Assembly (NCBI GenBank): GCA_902567685.1
Contig: CACFNH010000004.1
Span: 3,563-67,562 of the forward strand
Source of the DNA: an uncultured Pelagibacteraceae bacterium
GTDB taxonomy: Bacteria > Pseudomonadota > Alphaproteobacteria > Pelagibacterales > Pelagibacteraceae
Length of the DNA: 64,000 bases
Direction: 5' to 3'
In this document: positions 10,138-19,459 of the stretch, piece after piece
How positions within the stretch are numbered: position 1 is the first letter of the stretch
How the letters are laid out: each line of letters begins with the position of its first letter
Made by a program: the position numbers and the translations under genes
Notes under the pieces: generated by a model
Told to the model about the DNA's origin: nothing
What the model saw: only the letters and a program-made list of their open reading frames with translations
The model's database searches: none

Positions 10138-10194
10138 AATTTATTGTTTAAATTCTAAAACTCAAATTATTTATTTTTCAATTTCTATTTGTGG

Positions 10195-10223
10195 TTGACA
10201 AACTTTTTATCATATTGTATATT
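10195..10223 (+). promoter_or_regulatory. Sigma70 promoter of the recombinase
   Basis: TTGACA (10195-10200), 17-bp spacer, TATATT (10218-10223). Confidence 0.75.
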
Positions 10224-10248
10224 TCCGATAATTAATGGTTATCGGAAA
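10222..10248. repeat. Perfect 10-bp inverted repeat with 7-bp asymmetric spacer; putative tyrosine recombinase core site (dif/loxP-like)
   Basis: TTTCCGATAA-TTAATGG-TTATCGGAAA, ending 2 bp before the recombinase GTG start; has the inner TAA...TTA geometry of Xer-type sites. Confidence 0.8.
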
Positions 10249-10250
10249 AT

Positions 10251-11171
10251 GTGATGAATAATTTAATTACTGACTTAAAAAGTTTAGAGCTGGAAACATT
10301 AAAGAATCTTAGACAGTCAAAGTCTGAGAACACTCTAAGAGCTTATAAATCCGATTATAAGGATTTCGCAGCTTTCTGCGTAAAGAATGGATTTAGTTCA
10401 ATGCCCACAGAACCAAAAATATTAGCTTTATACTTAACTCACCTTTCAACAAATAGTAAATTTAGCACTTTAAAACGAAGAATTGCCTCTATAAGTGTGG
10501 TTCATAAGCTAAAAGGTCACTATATTGATACTAAGCATCCATTGATTATGGAAAATCTTCTAGGAATAAAAAGACTCAAAGGCAGTCATCAGAAAGCTAA
10601 AAAACCTATATTAATCAATGATTTAAAACTTATAGTTAAAGCAATAAATGAATCTAAAGAAAAATACATAAAAAAATTAAGAGACAAAACTATATTTTTA
10701 GTAGGGTTTTCAGGAGGGTTTAGGAGGTCAGAATTAGTCTCAATTGAATATGAAAACTTAGATTTTGTAAGTGAAGGTGTTAAAATATTTATAAAAAGAT
10801 CAAAAACAGACCAGTCAGGAGAAGGGATGGTCAAAGCAATCCCCTATTTCGATAATGAGGAATTTTGTCCAGTTAAGAGTTTAAAACTATGGATAACACA
10901 ATCTAACATAAGCACTGGCAAGATATTTGATATATCAGACAAAAGTGTAGCTTTAATAATAAAGAAATACACGAACTTAGCTGGTTTAGACTCTGAAAAA
11001 TACGCGGGACATAGTCTTAGATCAGGTTTTGCGACTAGTACAGCTGAGTCCGGAGCAGAAGAAAGAAATATAATGGCAATGACAGGCCATAAAACTTCAC
11101 AAATGGTTAGAAGATATATAAAAGAAGCAAATTTATTTAAAAATAATGCTTTGAATAAAATAAAAATTTAA
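10251..11171 (+). CDS. Cre-like site-specific tyrosine recombinase (start GTG 10251 or ATG 10254)
   Basis: N-terminal SAM-like SENTLRAYKSD; full catalytic set R (GFRRSEL), K (SKTDQ), HxxR (HSLR), H (MTGH), Y (VRRY). Confidence 0.92.
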   Translation: MMNNLITDLKSLELETLKNLRQSKSENTLRAYKSDYKDFAAFCVKNGFSSMPTEPKILALYLTHLSTNSKFSTLKRRIASISVVHKLKGHYIDTKHPLIMENLLGIKRLKGSHQKAKKPILINDLKLIVKAINESKEKYIKKLRDKTIFLVGFSGGFRRSELVSIEYENLDFVSEGVKIFIKRSKTDQSGEGMVKAIPYFDNEEFCPVKSLKLWITQSNISTGKIFDISDKSVALIIKKYTNLAGLDSEKYAGHSLRSGFATSTAESGAEERNIMAMTGHKTSQMVRRYIKEANLFKNNALNKIKI

Positions 11172-11176
11172 ATTAA

Positions 11177-12034
11177 TTAGTTATTTTTAGATTTAAAACG
11201 AAATAATAAATGAAAAAAAAGGGAAATTTTGCATTTAAATAAATCTAAAAAATAAGAAAAGTTTTTATCTGGTTCATTCAGCGGTCCATTAAAATCTTCA
11301 TTAGATCTTAGATAATGTTTTTTAAAGAATTTAATACTTATGCCCCACTTAAGTAAAAATGTTTTTGCACCATTGTTCCAAGCTTTTTTCCTTAAAGATA
11401 AAGATGAAAAATGATAAACTCTACAATCTCCTAGTCCTTTAAAAAGTCGTACACCAATATTCCAAAGTTTTAAGTTAAAATCAGGATCAGACCCAAGTCC
11501 TGGAGAAAATTCTTCACTAAACCCATTTACTTTGTTCCATGTTTTAAGTGGTATTAAAGAAGGTTGCCAATGAGTGCCTTGAAAATTTTTAAATTTGATA
11601 TTTGGTAATTCTTTAAGTAGTTTTGCTTCATCAAATTCTTCAATATTCTTACCACAATTTAAATTTATATAAGAGTCAAAAGGCTGCACCATTGTTCCAG
11701 ATAAAAAAAAATCAGAATTTTCAGGTATTTTTTTTAATTCAGATGTAAAAACTTTATCCCAGTCTGGACAAAAATACATATCATCATGAGCTAAAACTAT
11801 ATATTTTGAAGTAGAAAGTTTTACAGCCTCATTAAAGGCAACACAAACACCAGAATTAATTTTACTATAAGAAAATTTTAATTGCTCATTTTTGACTAAG
11901 TCTAAAGTACCGTCTATCCCCTCATTTACATGAACAATAATTTCATGATTGTATTTAGAGTTTTCTTTAAGGCTTTTTAAACATAATTTGAAATAATTAA
12001 GATTATTAAAAGTTGGTATAATTACTGAGAACAT
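11177..12034 (-). CDS. Glycosyltransferase family 2
   Basis: MFSVIIPTFN, HDD motif; start taken at ATG 12034, which overlaps the upstream stop (TGATG). Confidence 0.85.
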   Translation of the reverse strand: MFSVIIPTFNNLNYFKLCLKSLKENSKYNHEIIVHVNEGIDGTLDLVKNEQLKFSYSKINSGVCVAFNEAVKLSTSKYIVLAHDDMYFCPDWDKVFTSELKKIPENSDFFLSGTMVQPFDSYINLNCGKNIEEFDEAKLLKELPNIKFKNFQGTHWQPSLIPLKTWNKVNGFSEEFSPGLGSDPDFNLKLWNIGVRLFKGLGDCRVYHFSSLSLRKKAWNNGAKTFLLKWGISIKFFKKHYLRSNEDFNGPLNEPDKNFSYFLDLFKCKISLFFHLLFRFKSKNN

Positions 12035-14163
12035 CAATTTTCCCAAATGGGGCTTTTTTTATCACGTATCTCAAAAGTCTTATTAATTATAAAATTGGCA
12101 ACTAACGTAGAGTTAAAATACCTTAAATATTTTTCTTTTCCTTTTCTTCCAATAAGTTTTCTCAGTTTTTCATCTCTTGATATTTTTGCTATTTTTTCTG
12201 ATAAGTCTTCAACATTTTTATAAAAAACCATCTCATCATCTTTAAAAAAATCTTTATAACCAGTTTTTTCATCTATAAGGGTAACTAAACCATTGCCAAT
12301 AATTTGAGTTATTCTATCACTGCTATAATATTTAATAGGCTCTCCCCTGCTTAGATTTAAGCCCATTTTAGAATTAGATATTGTTTTGAAATAGTGGTCT
12401 GCCCAAATAGGCTGGACTTTTTTTAGGCCATAAACATCAAATTTAATATTTTTTGTAATTTCCATTAACTTTTCTATAAATTTTGCGCGTTCGTCAAATT
12501 TCCCTGATTTTAACACACCTCTATGAACTCCATGACTAAGAGCGAAAAAAACATCCATATTACAGTTTTTATTAAAATTGTTTAAAATTTCGAAAGATGA
12601 ATCACTAGGATTAGGGATAAAATAATTTCTTTTATTTCTAGGCAAAAAATCCAAAACATCTGGGCTAGTAGTTAAAAAATTTGAGTCAGTAAACTGAATT
12701 TTATTTAATACCCTGTCTCTATTTCTAAAATAATCAGGTCCTTTTTTATTTAAAGGATCTAAAAACCATTGGGATATTCTAAGAGAAGGATAATCATCTC
12801 TTAACTCTCCTAACGTTTCTGATGAAATTGAATCTGCATGTCCTAAAATTATTAAATCTGGTTTATAATTATAACAAGTTTTTTTTAATTTATCGTTTAA
12901 ACTTTTGGAACCTTTTAAATCATTAATACTTTTATAATATTTAAGTATATCTCTATCACTAAATTCTAAAATACTGTGTCCTAATCTTATAAATCCATTA
13001 TTCAATCTTCTTCCCGTATTAAAAAATAATCTTCCATCATGTCTTTCATTGAAATTTGTAACATGAAGTATCCTAAGTTTCTTATTCTTTTTAAGATTAA
13101 AAAAATTGATATTACTTTTTAATCTTTCACTTCTATAAGTATCTATTAAATTTGAAACAAATTTATTTGTTAGATAAAAATTTTTATACGATAATTTCTG
13201 AAGATTTTTTCTTCTTTTTACATTTATTATCAAACTTCTTATCTCTTTATATAGTTCAGCAATAGTCAAATTTTTTAAAATTACACCATCAGTAATTGTT
13301 TCTGGCAATCCACCTTTGTTACTAATTATCACTGCACAGCCGTTTGAAGATGCTTCAAGACTAGTTCTTCCGAAGGGTTCCTCCCATCTAGAACATACAA
13401 TAGCAATACTAGTTTTTTTATAAATTCTTAAAACTTTTTTGTGTTCCAAAAATCCAAATATTCTTAGATTCTTATGGTTGAAAGAAATTTTATCTCTTAA
13501 TTCATCACCTATGACACAAGCTTTCCAGTCTTTAAATTTGTCTAGAATTTTAATTACAGCTTTTCCAAAAAGATCGTAACCTTTAGATTTATTTAATTTG
13601 CCTACAAAAGTAATTAAATTATCTTTTTTGTTTATATTTATCTTACCTTTTTTTGCTGATTGAAAGATTACAACTAATTTGTCACTATTTACAAATTTGT
13701 TTTGCATACCTTCGAGGAATCTCTTTTTTGACCAATTGCTATTAAATAAAATTTTTGAGGTATTTTTTAAAAGAAAATTTCTTTCTTGAATAGATTTTGA
13801 TCCATTCATTGTTAAAGGATCGTTATGAAAATATAAAAAATAATTTCTTTTGCCAATTAAAGAAAAAAGATCATGTAGATAGTTTGGTCGATTATGAATT
13901 TCTATTAGATCTGATTGATTTTTTTGCTCAATTTTTGAAAATTCTTTAATATATTTTTTGCTTTGGCTTGAAAATCTTATTTTGCTAAGAGGAATATTAT
14001 AATATTTGCTTTTAAATGTTTTTTTAAAATCTGTATTTCCATAAACTGTAATATTTTTTTTAAATTTGCTTATATTTACTGTATCGTTAACAAATAAAGA
14101 TACTGCCCCTGGATATATTGGAGAATAATTTTCTTTGTATGGTAATAAAACTGAAATTTTCAT
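12034..14163 (-). CDS. Two-domain glycosyltransferase (GT4 + CgeB/GT1-like)
   Basis: EEPFGRTSLEA GT4 motif in the N-half; YSSDRI and LNLSRG CgeB-like C-half. Confidence 0.8.
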   Translation of the reverse strand: MKISVLLPYKENYSPIYPGAVSLFVNDTVNISKFKKNITVYGNTDFKKTFKSKYYNIPLSKIRFSSQSKKYIKEFSKIEQKNQSDLIEIHNRPNYLHDLFSLIGKRNYFLYFHNDPLTMNGSKSIQERNFLLKNTSKILFNSNWSKKRFLEGMQNKFVNSDKLVVIFQSAKKGKININKKDNLITFVGKLNKSKGYDLFGKAVIKILDKFKDWKACVIGDELRDKISFNHKNLRIFGFLEHKKVLRIYKKTSIAIVCSRWEEPFGRTSLEASSNGCAVIISNKGGLPETITDGVILKNLTIAELYKEIRSLIINVKRRKNLQKLSYKNFYLTNKFVSNLIDTYRSERLKSNINFFNLKKNKKLRILHVTNFNERHDGRLFFNTGRRLNNGFIRLGHSILEFSDRDILKYYKSINDLKGSKSLNDKLKKTCYNYKPDLIILGHADSISSETLGELRDDYPSLRISQWFLDPLNKKGPDYFRNRDRVLNKIQFTDSNFLTTSPDVLDFLPRNKRNYFIPNPSDSSFEILNNFNKNCNMDVFFALSHGVHRGVLKSGKFDERAKFIEKLMEITKNIKFDVYGLKKVQPIWADHYFKTISNSKMGLNLSRGEPIKYYSSDRITQIIGNGLVTLIDEKTGYKDFFKDDEMVFYKNVEDLSEKIAKISRDEKLRKLIGRKGKEKYLRYFNSTLVANFIINKTFEIRDKKSPIWEN

Positions 14164-14408
14164 AATTGCTTATTTTTAATCCTATTTCTTAGAGTTCTAT
14201 TTTTCTTTATATAATATTCTCTAGAAATTGCTTTAGTTTTTGAGCTCAATTTTTCCTTATAAATAACTCTCCATTTTCTTCCCCTTGTAAATTTTGCTCC
14301 TTTTCCAGAATTATGTAATCTGATTCTGTTGGATAGATTCTTAGTATACCCAACGTAGGTAACTGATTTTTTTCCTAAAGATTTGAGCATATATACACAA
14401 TAGCCCAT
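14160..14408 (-). CDS. Small GIY-YIG nuclease (UPF0213)
   Basis: VYML..TYVGYT, HNSGKGAKFTRG, REYYIK. Confidence 0.9.
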   Translation of the reverse strand: MGYCVYMLKSLGKKSVTYVGYTKNLSNRIRLHNSGKGAKFTRGRKWRVIYKEKLSSKTKAISREYYIKKNRTLRNRIKNKQL

Positions 14409-14413
14409 TAATT

Positions 14414-15853
14414 TTAATTAATGCCTAGATGCGTATATTTTATATTTAGATAATCTTTGATAGCCATGGAACCACCCTCTCTTCCATATCCAGTTTGTTT
14501 AATTCCGCCAAAAGGAGCCTCTGGAAGTGCAATTACGGCTGTATTTACTGCTACAGTGCCTGTTTCTATTAATTCAGATGCTTTATGAGCTTTTTCTAAA
14601 TTATTAGTATAGATGTAGCTAGCTAAACCTAAATCATTATTATTAGCTCTCTTCATAACTTCATCTAAACTTTTAAACGATAGAATAGGAATTAATGGTC
14701 CAAAAGGTTCTTGGTGCATAATAGTAAAATTATCTTTGATATTGTCAAATATTGTAGGTTCATAAAAATAACCTTTGTTGAATCCAGACGGCTTTCTGCC
14801 TCCACAAAGAACTTTTGCACCTTCTTTTTTTGTAGTTTCAACTAAAGCCTCTACCTCTTCTAATCTTTTTTTTGTGGTTAAGGGTCCCAAAATAGTGCCT
14901 TTATCCATACCATTTCCAATTTTAAGTTTTTTTGTTTTTTCTACCATAAGTTTTGTAAAATCATTTTTTTTACTTTCGTGAACATAGAATCTGCTGGGTG
15001 AAATACATACTTGACCATTATTTCTAAATTTAGCAAAAATAGCCATGTCCGTTACTTTTTCCAAATCTACATCATCAAAAACTATAAAGGGTGAATGACC
15101 ACTTAATTCCATTGTAACTCTTTGAACTTTATCTGCAGCCTTTTTTAATATAATTTTTCCAACACGTGTTGAACCAGTTATTGAAACTTTTTTAATAATG
15201 TCAGATGAAAGCAATTGATCAGAAATATATGCCGGATCACCAGATAAAAGATTAACTACACCTGGTGGAACGCCAGCTTCTTTGCAAATATCAACTAGTT
15301 CCATGACAGCTCCTGGAGTAATAACATCTGGCTTAACAATTACAGAACATCCTGCAGATAAAGCTGTGGATATTTTTCTTGATGCAAGTGTTATTGGAAA
15401 ATTCCAAGGAACTAAAGCAGCTACCACTCCTACTGGTTGATAATAAACATGTATTCTAGTATTAGGAAGTCTGCCTTGTAATGTTTCACCATAAATTCTT
15501 TTAGACTCTTCTGAACTCCATTCAAAAATATCTGCGGATCCAGCTGACTCAGCAACACCCTCTGCCAAAGGCTTTCCAACTTCTAAAGTCAGCCACTTAG
15601 ACAAAACATCAGTTTTTTTTCTCATTAAATCAGAAATTTTTCTTATTACTTTTGATCTTTCCCAAGGCGAAGTATTTTTCCAAATTTCAAAACCTTTTTG
15701 AGCGGATTTAAGAGCTAAATCTATATCTTTTTTGCTAGCTTTAGATGCTTTTCCAATTATTTCTTCAGTTGCGGGATTAATTACATCATAGGTTTCCCCG
15801 CCTGATGATTTTTGCCATTTACCATTAATAAATTGACCAAATTTATCGTACAT
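14414..15853 (-). CDS. NAD-dependent aldehyde dehydrogenase (SSADH/2-ketoglutarate semialdehyde dehydrogenase-like)
   Basis: PWNFP, TGSTRVG, MELSGH, GQVCISP, EPFGP motifs. Confidence 0.88.
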   Translation of the reverse strand: MYDKFGQFINGKWQKSSGGETYDVINPATEEIIGKASKASKKDIDLALKSAQKGFEIWKNTSPWERSKVIRKISDLMRKKTDVLSKWLTLEVGKPLAEGVAESAGSADIFEWSSEESKRIYGETLQGRLPNTRIHVYYQPVGVVAALVPWNFPITLASRKISTALSAGCSVIVKPDVITPGAVMELVDICKEAGVPPGVVNLLSGDPAYISDQLLSSDIIKKVSITGSTRVGKIILKKAADKVQRVTMELSGHSPFIVFDDVDLEKVTDMAIFAKFRNNGQVCISPSRFYVHESKKNDFTKLMVEKTKKLKIGNGMDKGTILGPLTTKKRLEEVEALVETTKKEGAKVLCGGRKPSGFNKGYFYEPTIFDNIKDNFTIMHQEPFGPLIPILSFKSLDEVMKRANNNDLGLASYIYTNNLEKAHKASELIETGTVAVNTAVIALPEAPFGGIKQTGYGREGGSMAIKDYLNIKYTHLGIN

Positions 15854-15855
15854 AT

Positions 15856-16707
15856 CTATTCACTCTTATAAGGTTTAACCTTATGATTTTGCTCTCCAAG
15901 TTTATCAATTCCAAGTTTTACTTCCTCGCCTCCCTTTAAAAAGACAGGAGGATTCATATTTTCACCAACTCCCGGAGGTGTTCCGGTGCAACAAATATCT
16001 CCTGGATGAAGGCTCATACAATGACTCATATAGGAAACCAGAGATTTAATACCAAATATCATTTCCTTAGTGTTTCCAGACTGCATTCTTTTACCGTTCA
16101 CATCTAAATACATGTTTAAATTTTGAAAATTAGGGAGTTCATCTGCGGTTAATATATATGGTCCAATAGGCCCAAATGTGTCAAAACCTTTGCCTTTATC
16201 CCAAGTAAGGCCTTTATTTTTCTGAAAATGTCTCTCGCTAATATCATTTACAAGAAAGAATCCTAGAACATGATCTAAAGCCTTATCTTCAGAAACATAC
16301 AAAGCTTTTTTTCCTATGACAAAACCTAATTCTACTTCCCAGTCTGTATGATTTGAGTTTCTTGGTACAACAATATCATCGTTGGGTCCTGTAACACAAT
16401 TTGTAAATTTAGAAAAAATAATCGGTTCTTTTGGAATAGGTAAATTTTGTTCTTCCGCATGATCTTTAAAGTTTAATCCAATACCAATAAATTTTGAAGG
16501 TTTAGAAACACATGCTCCTATTCTATCTTTCGAATTTAATATTGGTAATTTTGAAATATCTACTCCTTTAATTTTTTTAATAGTTTCAAAATTTAGTGTA
16601 TCTGGATTAAAATCATTGATTATTGAAGATAGGTCTCTATAATTATTATCTTTATCTATAATTGCCGGTTTTTCATTATTTGGTTTTCCGATTCTACAAA
16701 ATTTCAT
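15856..16707 (-). CDS. Fumarylacetoacetate hydrolase family protein
   Basis: IGLNFKDHAEE, DWEVELG, NDISER, GKGFDTFGPIGP, TGTPPGVG. Confidence 0.9.
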   Translation of the reverse strand: MKFCRIGKPNNEKPAIIDKDNNYRDLSSIINDFNPDTLNFETIKKIKGVDISKLPILNSKDRIGACVSKPSKFIGIGLNFKDHAEEQNLPIPKEPIIFSKFTNCVTGPNDDIVVPRNSNHTDWEVELGFVIGKKALYVSEDKALDHVLGFFLVNDISERHFQKNKGLTWDKGKGFDTFGPIGPYILTADELPNFQNLNMYLDVNGKRMQSGNTKEMIFGIKSLVSYMSHCMSLHPGDICCTGTPPGVGENMNPPVFLKGGEEVKLGIDKLGEQNHKVKPYKSE

Positions 16708-16716
16708 TTTCCCTTT

Positions 16717-17466
16717 CTAATAAGTTGCTCGTCCACCGCTTAAATCAAATACACCAGCTGTGGAAAAAGAATTTTCCTCACTTACTAACCAAGATACTAA
16801 AGATGCTAATTCTTCAACTTTAGCAAATCTATTTCTTGGAATCTTAGATAGCATATAATCAATATGCTCTTTTGTCATCTGATCAAATATTCTTGTTTTA
16901 GCTGCTGCTGGTGTAACGCAGTTAACTGCTATATTTTTGTCAGCTAATTCTTTTCCTAATGATTTTGTTAATCCAATTACTCCAGCTTTAGCTGTACTAT
17001 AGGCAGACGCGTTAGGATTTCCTTCTTTTCCAGCTATAGAAGAAATATTAACTATTCTTCCATAATTGTTCTTAATCATAAATGGAACAACAGCTTTACA
17101 GCAATAAAAAGTTGCATTTAAATCTAAATTCATAACTTTTTCCCATTCTTCAACGGGATATTCCCAAACTTTAGCATTCATCCCTGTTATTCCTGCATTG
17201 TTTACAAAAATGTCAATTTTTTTGTGTTTAGATTCAATTTCATTAAGATTTTCTTTAATACTAGAATAGTCAGTTACATCCACATTCTGATAAAAACATT
17301 TTTTTGAATTTATTTCCTGTAAGGATTTCTCTGCTGCATTTTTGTCTATATCCCAAATAATAACATTCGCTCCAGACTCGATAAATTTTTTACATATTGC
17401 TAATCCAAAACCCTGAGCTCCGCCTGTTACAATGGCTATCTTATTGGATAGATTAATTTTGTTCAT
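16717..17466 (-). CDS. Short-chain dehydrogenase/reductase
   Basis: TGGAQGFG, NNAG, YSTAK catalytic motif, DLSGGRATY end. Confidence 0.9.
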   Translation of the reverse strand: MNKINLSNKIAIVTGGAQGFGLAICKKFIESGANVIIWDIDKNAAEKSLQEINSKKCFYQNVDVTDYSSIKENLNEIESKHKKIDIFVNNAGITGMNAKVWEYPVEEWEKVMNLDLNATFYCCKAVVPFMIKNNYGRIVNISSIAGKEGNPNASAYSTAKAGVIGLTKSLGKELADKNIAVNCVTPAAAKTRIFDQMTKEHIDYMLSKIPRNRFAKVEELASLVSWLVSEENSFSTAGVFDLSGGRATY

Positions 17467-18928
17467 TTTTTTTTCTATTTATTAAAGGAAATAATAGTGC
17501 AATTAAAGCTAAAATAAAAAAAGTTAAAGCAATAGGTCTAGTTAAAAACATCAGCCAATTCCCATCAAAAATAACTAAAGATTGTCTTAGTGTTCCTTCT
17601 ACTAGCTCACCTAGTATTAAACCTATAATTACGGGTACTACAGAAAAACCATATCTTCTCATAAAAAAACCTAAAACGCCAAAAAACAACATTATCCAAA
17701 CATCCGTTAAAGATTGACTTAATGAATAAGTTCCACAAACAGATACTGCGAATATCATTGGCCATAGCAATCTGTTTGGAACAAGAGTAATTCTAGCAAA
17801 GATTTTTGCTCCAAAAAAACCAAGTATAAAAAATAAAATATTAGCAACCAACATTGCACCAAATATTCCATAAAGAAAATCTGGTTGTTCTCTAAATAAA
17901 GAAGGGCCAGGTCTAACGCCATGAATAATTAAACCTGTTAATATTACTGCAGTAGTTGCACTACCTGGAATTCCTAAGGCTAAAGTAGGTACCATTGCAC
18001 CCCCTGTTGCAGCATTATTTGCAGCTTCTGCCCCTGCTACTCCTTCTATTGAACCTTTTCCAAAATCCTGAGGATTCTTTGACCATCTTTTTGCTTCAGA
18101 ATAACCTATTAATGAAGCAACTGTTCCACCTTCTGCAGGAAGCACACCTATGAAAGAACCGATTCCAGAAGATCTTAAAATTGTCTTCCAAGTTAGTTTG
18201 TAATCGTCAATAGTAGGAAGCTTTACAGCTTTTAGTGCCACTCTATTAAATATCTGTTTTAATAAAGTTGACTGAATTAACATTTCACTCATTGCAAATA
18301 ATCCAACAACAACTGGTATAAAACCAATTCCTTCAGTTAATTCATTTATTCCAAATGTAAATCTGTCAATAGAAGTCATAAAATCTTTTCCTACAGTGGA
18401 AATTAAAATACCGAAAGCACCAGCAATCAAATTTTTAATTGGACTACCTTCCCCAATAGAGGCCAGCATCGTCAATCCAAAAATTGCAAGTGCAAAATAC
18501 TCAGGTTGACCAAACTCATAAGCAAGCTTAGCTAAAAGAGGTGCAAAAAAAACAAGAACAATAACACTAAATATTCCTCCGAATGTGCTTGAAACAGTTG
18601 CCATACCAAGGGCTCTGCCAGCCTCTCCCTTTTGTGCTAAAGGATAACCATCTAAGCAAGTTGCTGCCGCTGCAGGAGTTCCTGGAGTATTAATTAAAAC
18701 AGCAGTGATAGCCCCTCCATAGGTACCAGCACAATAAATTGCAGTGAGAAGAACAATGGCAGATAAAGGATCTAATGTCATAGTAAAAGGCAAAATTAAT
18801 GCCCCTCCTGTAGTTGGTCCTAAACCAGGAAGAACACCTAAAATTAAACCAAAAACTGTTCCTAGAAAAAGCACAACAAATAATTTTGTACTTAGTAAGG
18901 GAGCAAACATTAAATAAAAATTTTCCAT
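17453..18928 (-). CDS. tctA: Tripartite tricarboxylate transporter large permease
   Basis: GVLPGLG, YGGAITAVLINTPG, EAANNA, LGIPGS motifs. Confidence 0.92.
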   Translation of the reverse strand: MENFYLMFAPLLSTKLFVVLFLGTVFGLILGVLPGLGPTTGGALILPFTMTLDPLSAIVLLTAIYCAGTYGGAITAVLINTPGTPAAAATCLDGYPLAQKGEAGRALGMATVSSTFGGIFSVIVLVFFAPLLAKLAYEFGQPEYFALAIFGLTMLASIGEGSPIKNLIAGAFGILISTVGKDFMTSIDRFTFGINELTEGIGFIPVVVGLFAMSEMLIQSTLLKQIFNRVALKAVKLPTIDDYKLTWKTILRSSGIGSFIGVLPAEGGTVASLIGYSEAKRWSKNPQDFGKGSIEGVAGAEAANNAATGGAMVPTLALGIPGSATTAVILTGLIIHGVRPGPSLFREQPDFLYGIFGAMLVANILFFILGFFGAKIFARITLVPNRLLWPMIFAVSVCGTYSLSQSLTDVWIMLFFGVLGFFMRRYGFSVVPVIIGLILGELVEGTLRQSLVIFDGNWLMFLTRPIALTFFILALIALLFPLINRKKNEQN

Positions 18929-18929
18929 G

Positions 18930-19436
18930 TTAACTATAATAAAGATTTGTTATTATTCCTCCTGGAAATCTTAATCCTAGTATTGTTTCAAAAAAAATGA
19001 AAACAATGATAGGAAATAATATACTTACCATTAATAAAAAAAGTATCTTCCTTTCACCCCAAAAATAAGAAATTAAAAAAGATAAAGATCCAATAGCTAA
19101 GAAAAAATCAATAAATTTAGCTATCAAAACAAATAAAATAAGAACAAAAAGCGTTATGAAGAAAGGCTTGTCTAAATTTTTATTTTTTTTCCATGGAGTT
19201 TTAAAAGATAAATAATAAACTAAACAAGTTAACAAAATTATTAAAATCAACAATATCTTTGGAAAAGTAGCTGGTTGAATTCCCCTATTCAAAATTGGAG
19301 GAACTTCATCAAATGTAAAAGTTATAATAAAGGCAAAGATTGAAAAAAATAAAATTACGAAACAAGCTTTAAATTCAGTGCTAAAAAAAAGGGACGAATT
19401 TGACTTCGTCCCTTGTTTTTTTGTATCGTGCTTCAT
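18930..19436 (-). CDS. tctB: Tripartite tricarboxylate transporter small permease
   Basis: 4-5 TM segments, PATFP motif, lies between tctC and tctA. Confidence 0.8.
   Translation of the reverse strand: MKHDTKKQGTKSNSSLFFSTEFKACFVILFFSIFAFIITFTFDEVPPILNRGIQPATFPKILLILIILLTCLVYYLSFKTPWKKNKNLDKPFFITLFVLILFVLIAKFIDFFLAIGSLSFLISYFWGERKILFLLMVSILFPIIVFIFFETILGLRFPGGIITNLYYS
19383..19412 (-). terminator. Intrinsic terminator-like hairpin downstream of tctC, inside the 5' end of tctB
   Basis: Minus strand GGGACGAA-GTCAAA-TTCGTCCC followed by T8. Confidence 0.7.
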
Positions 19437-19459
19437 CTTATTGACTCTGCACGTTATAA

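Noticed and set aside
9724-11171. Prophage or integrative element suggested by integrase plus phage-type gene
   Set aside because: No structural, replication or excisionase genes, no adjacent tRNA and no attL/attR pair; flanks are cellular genes
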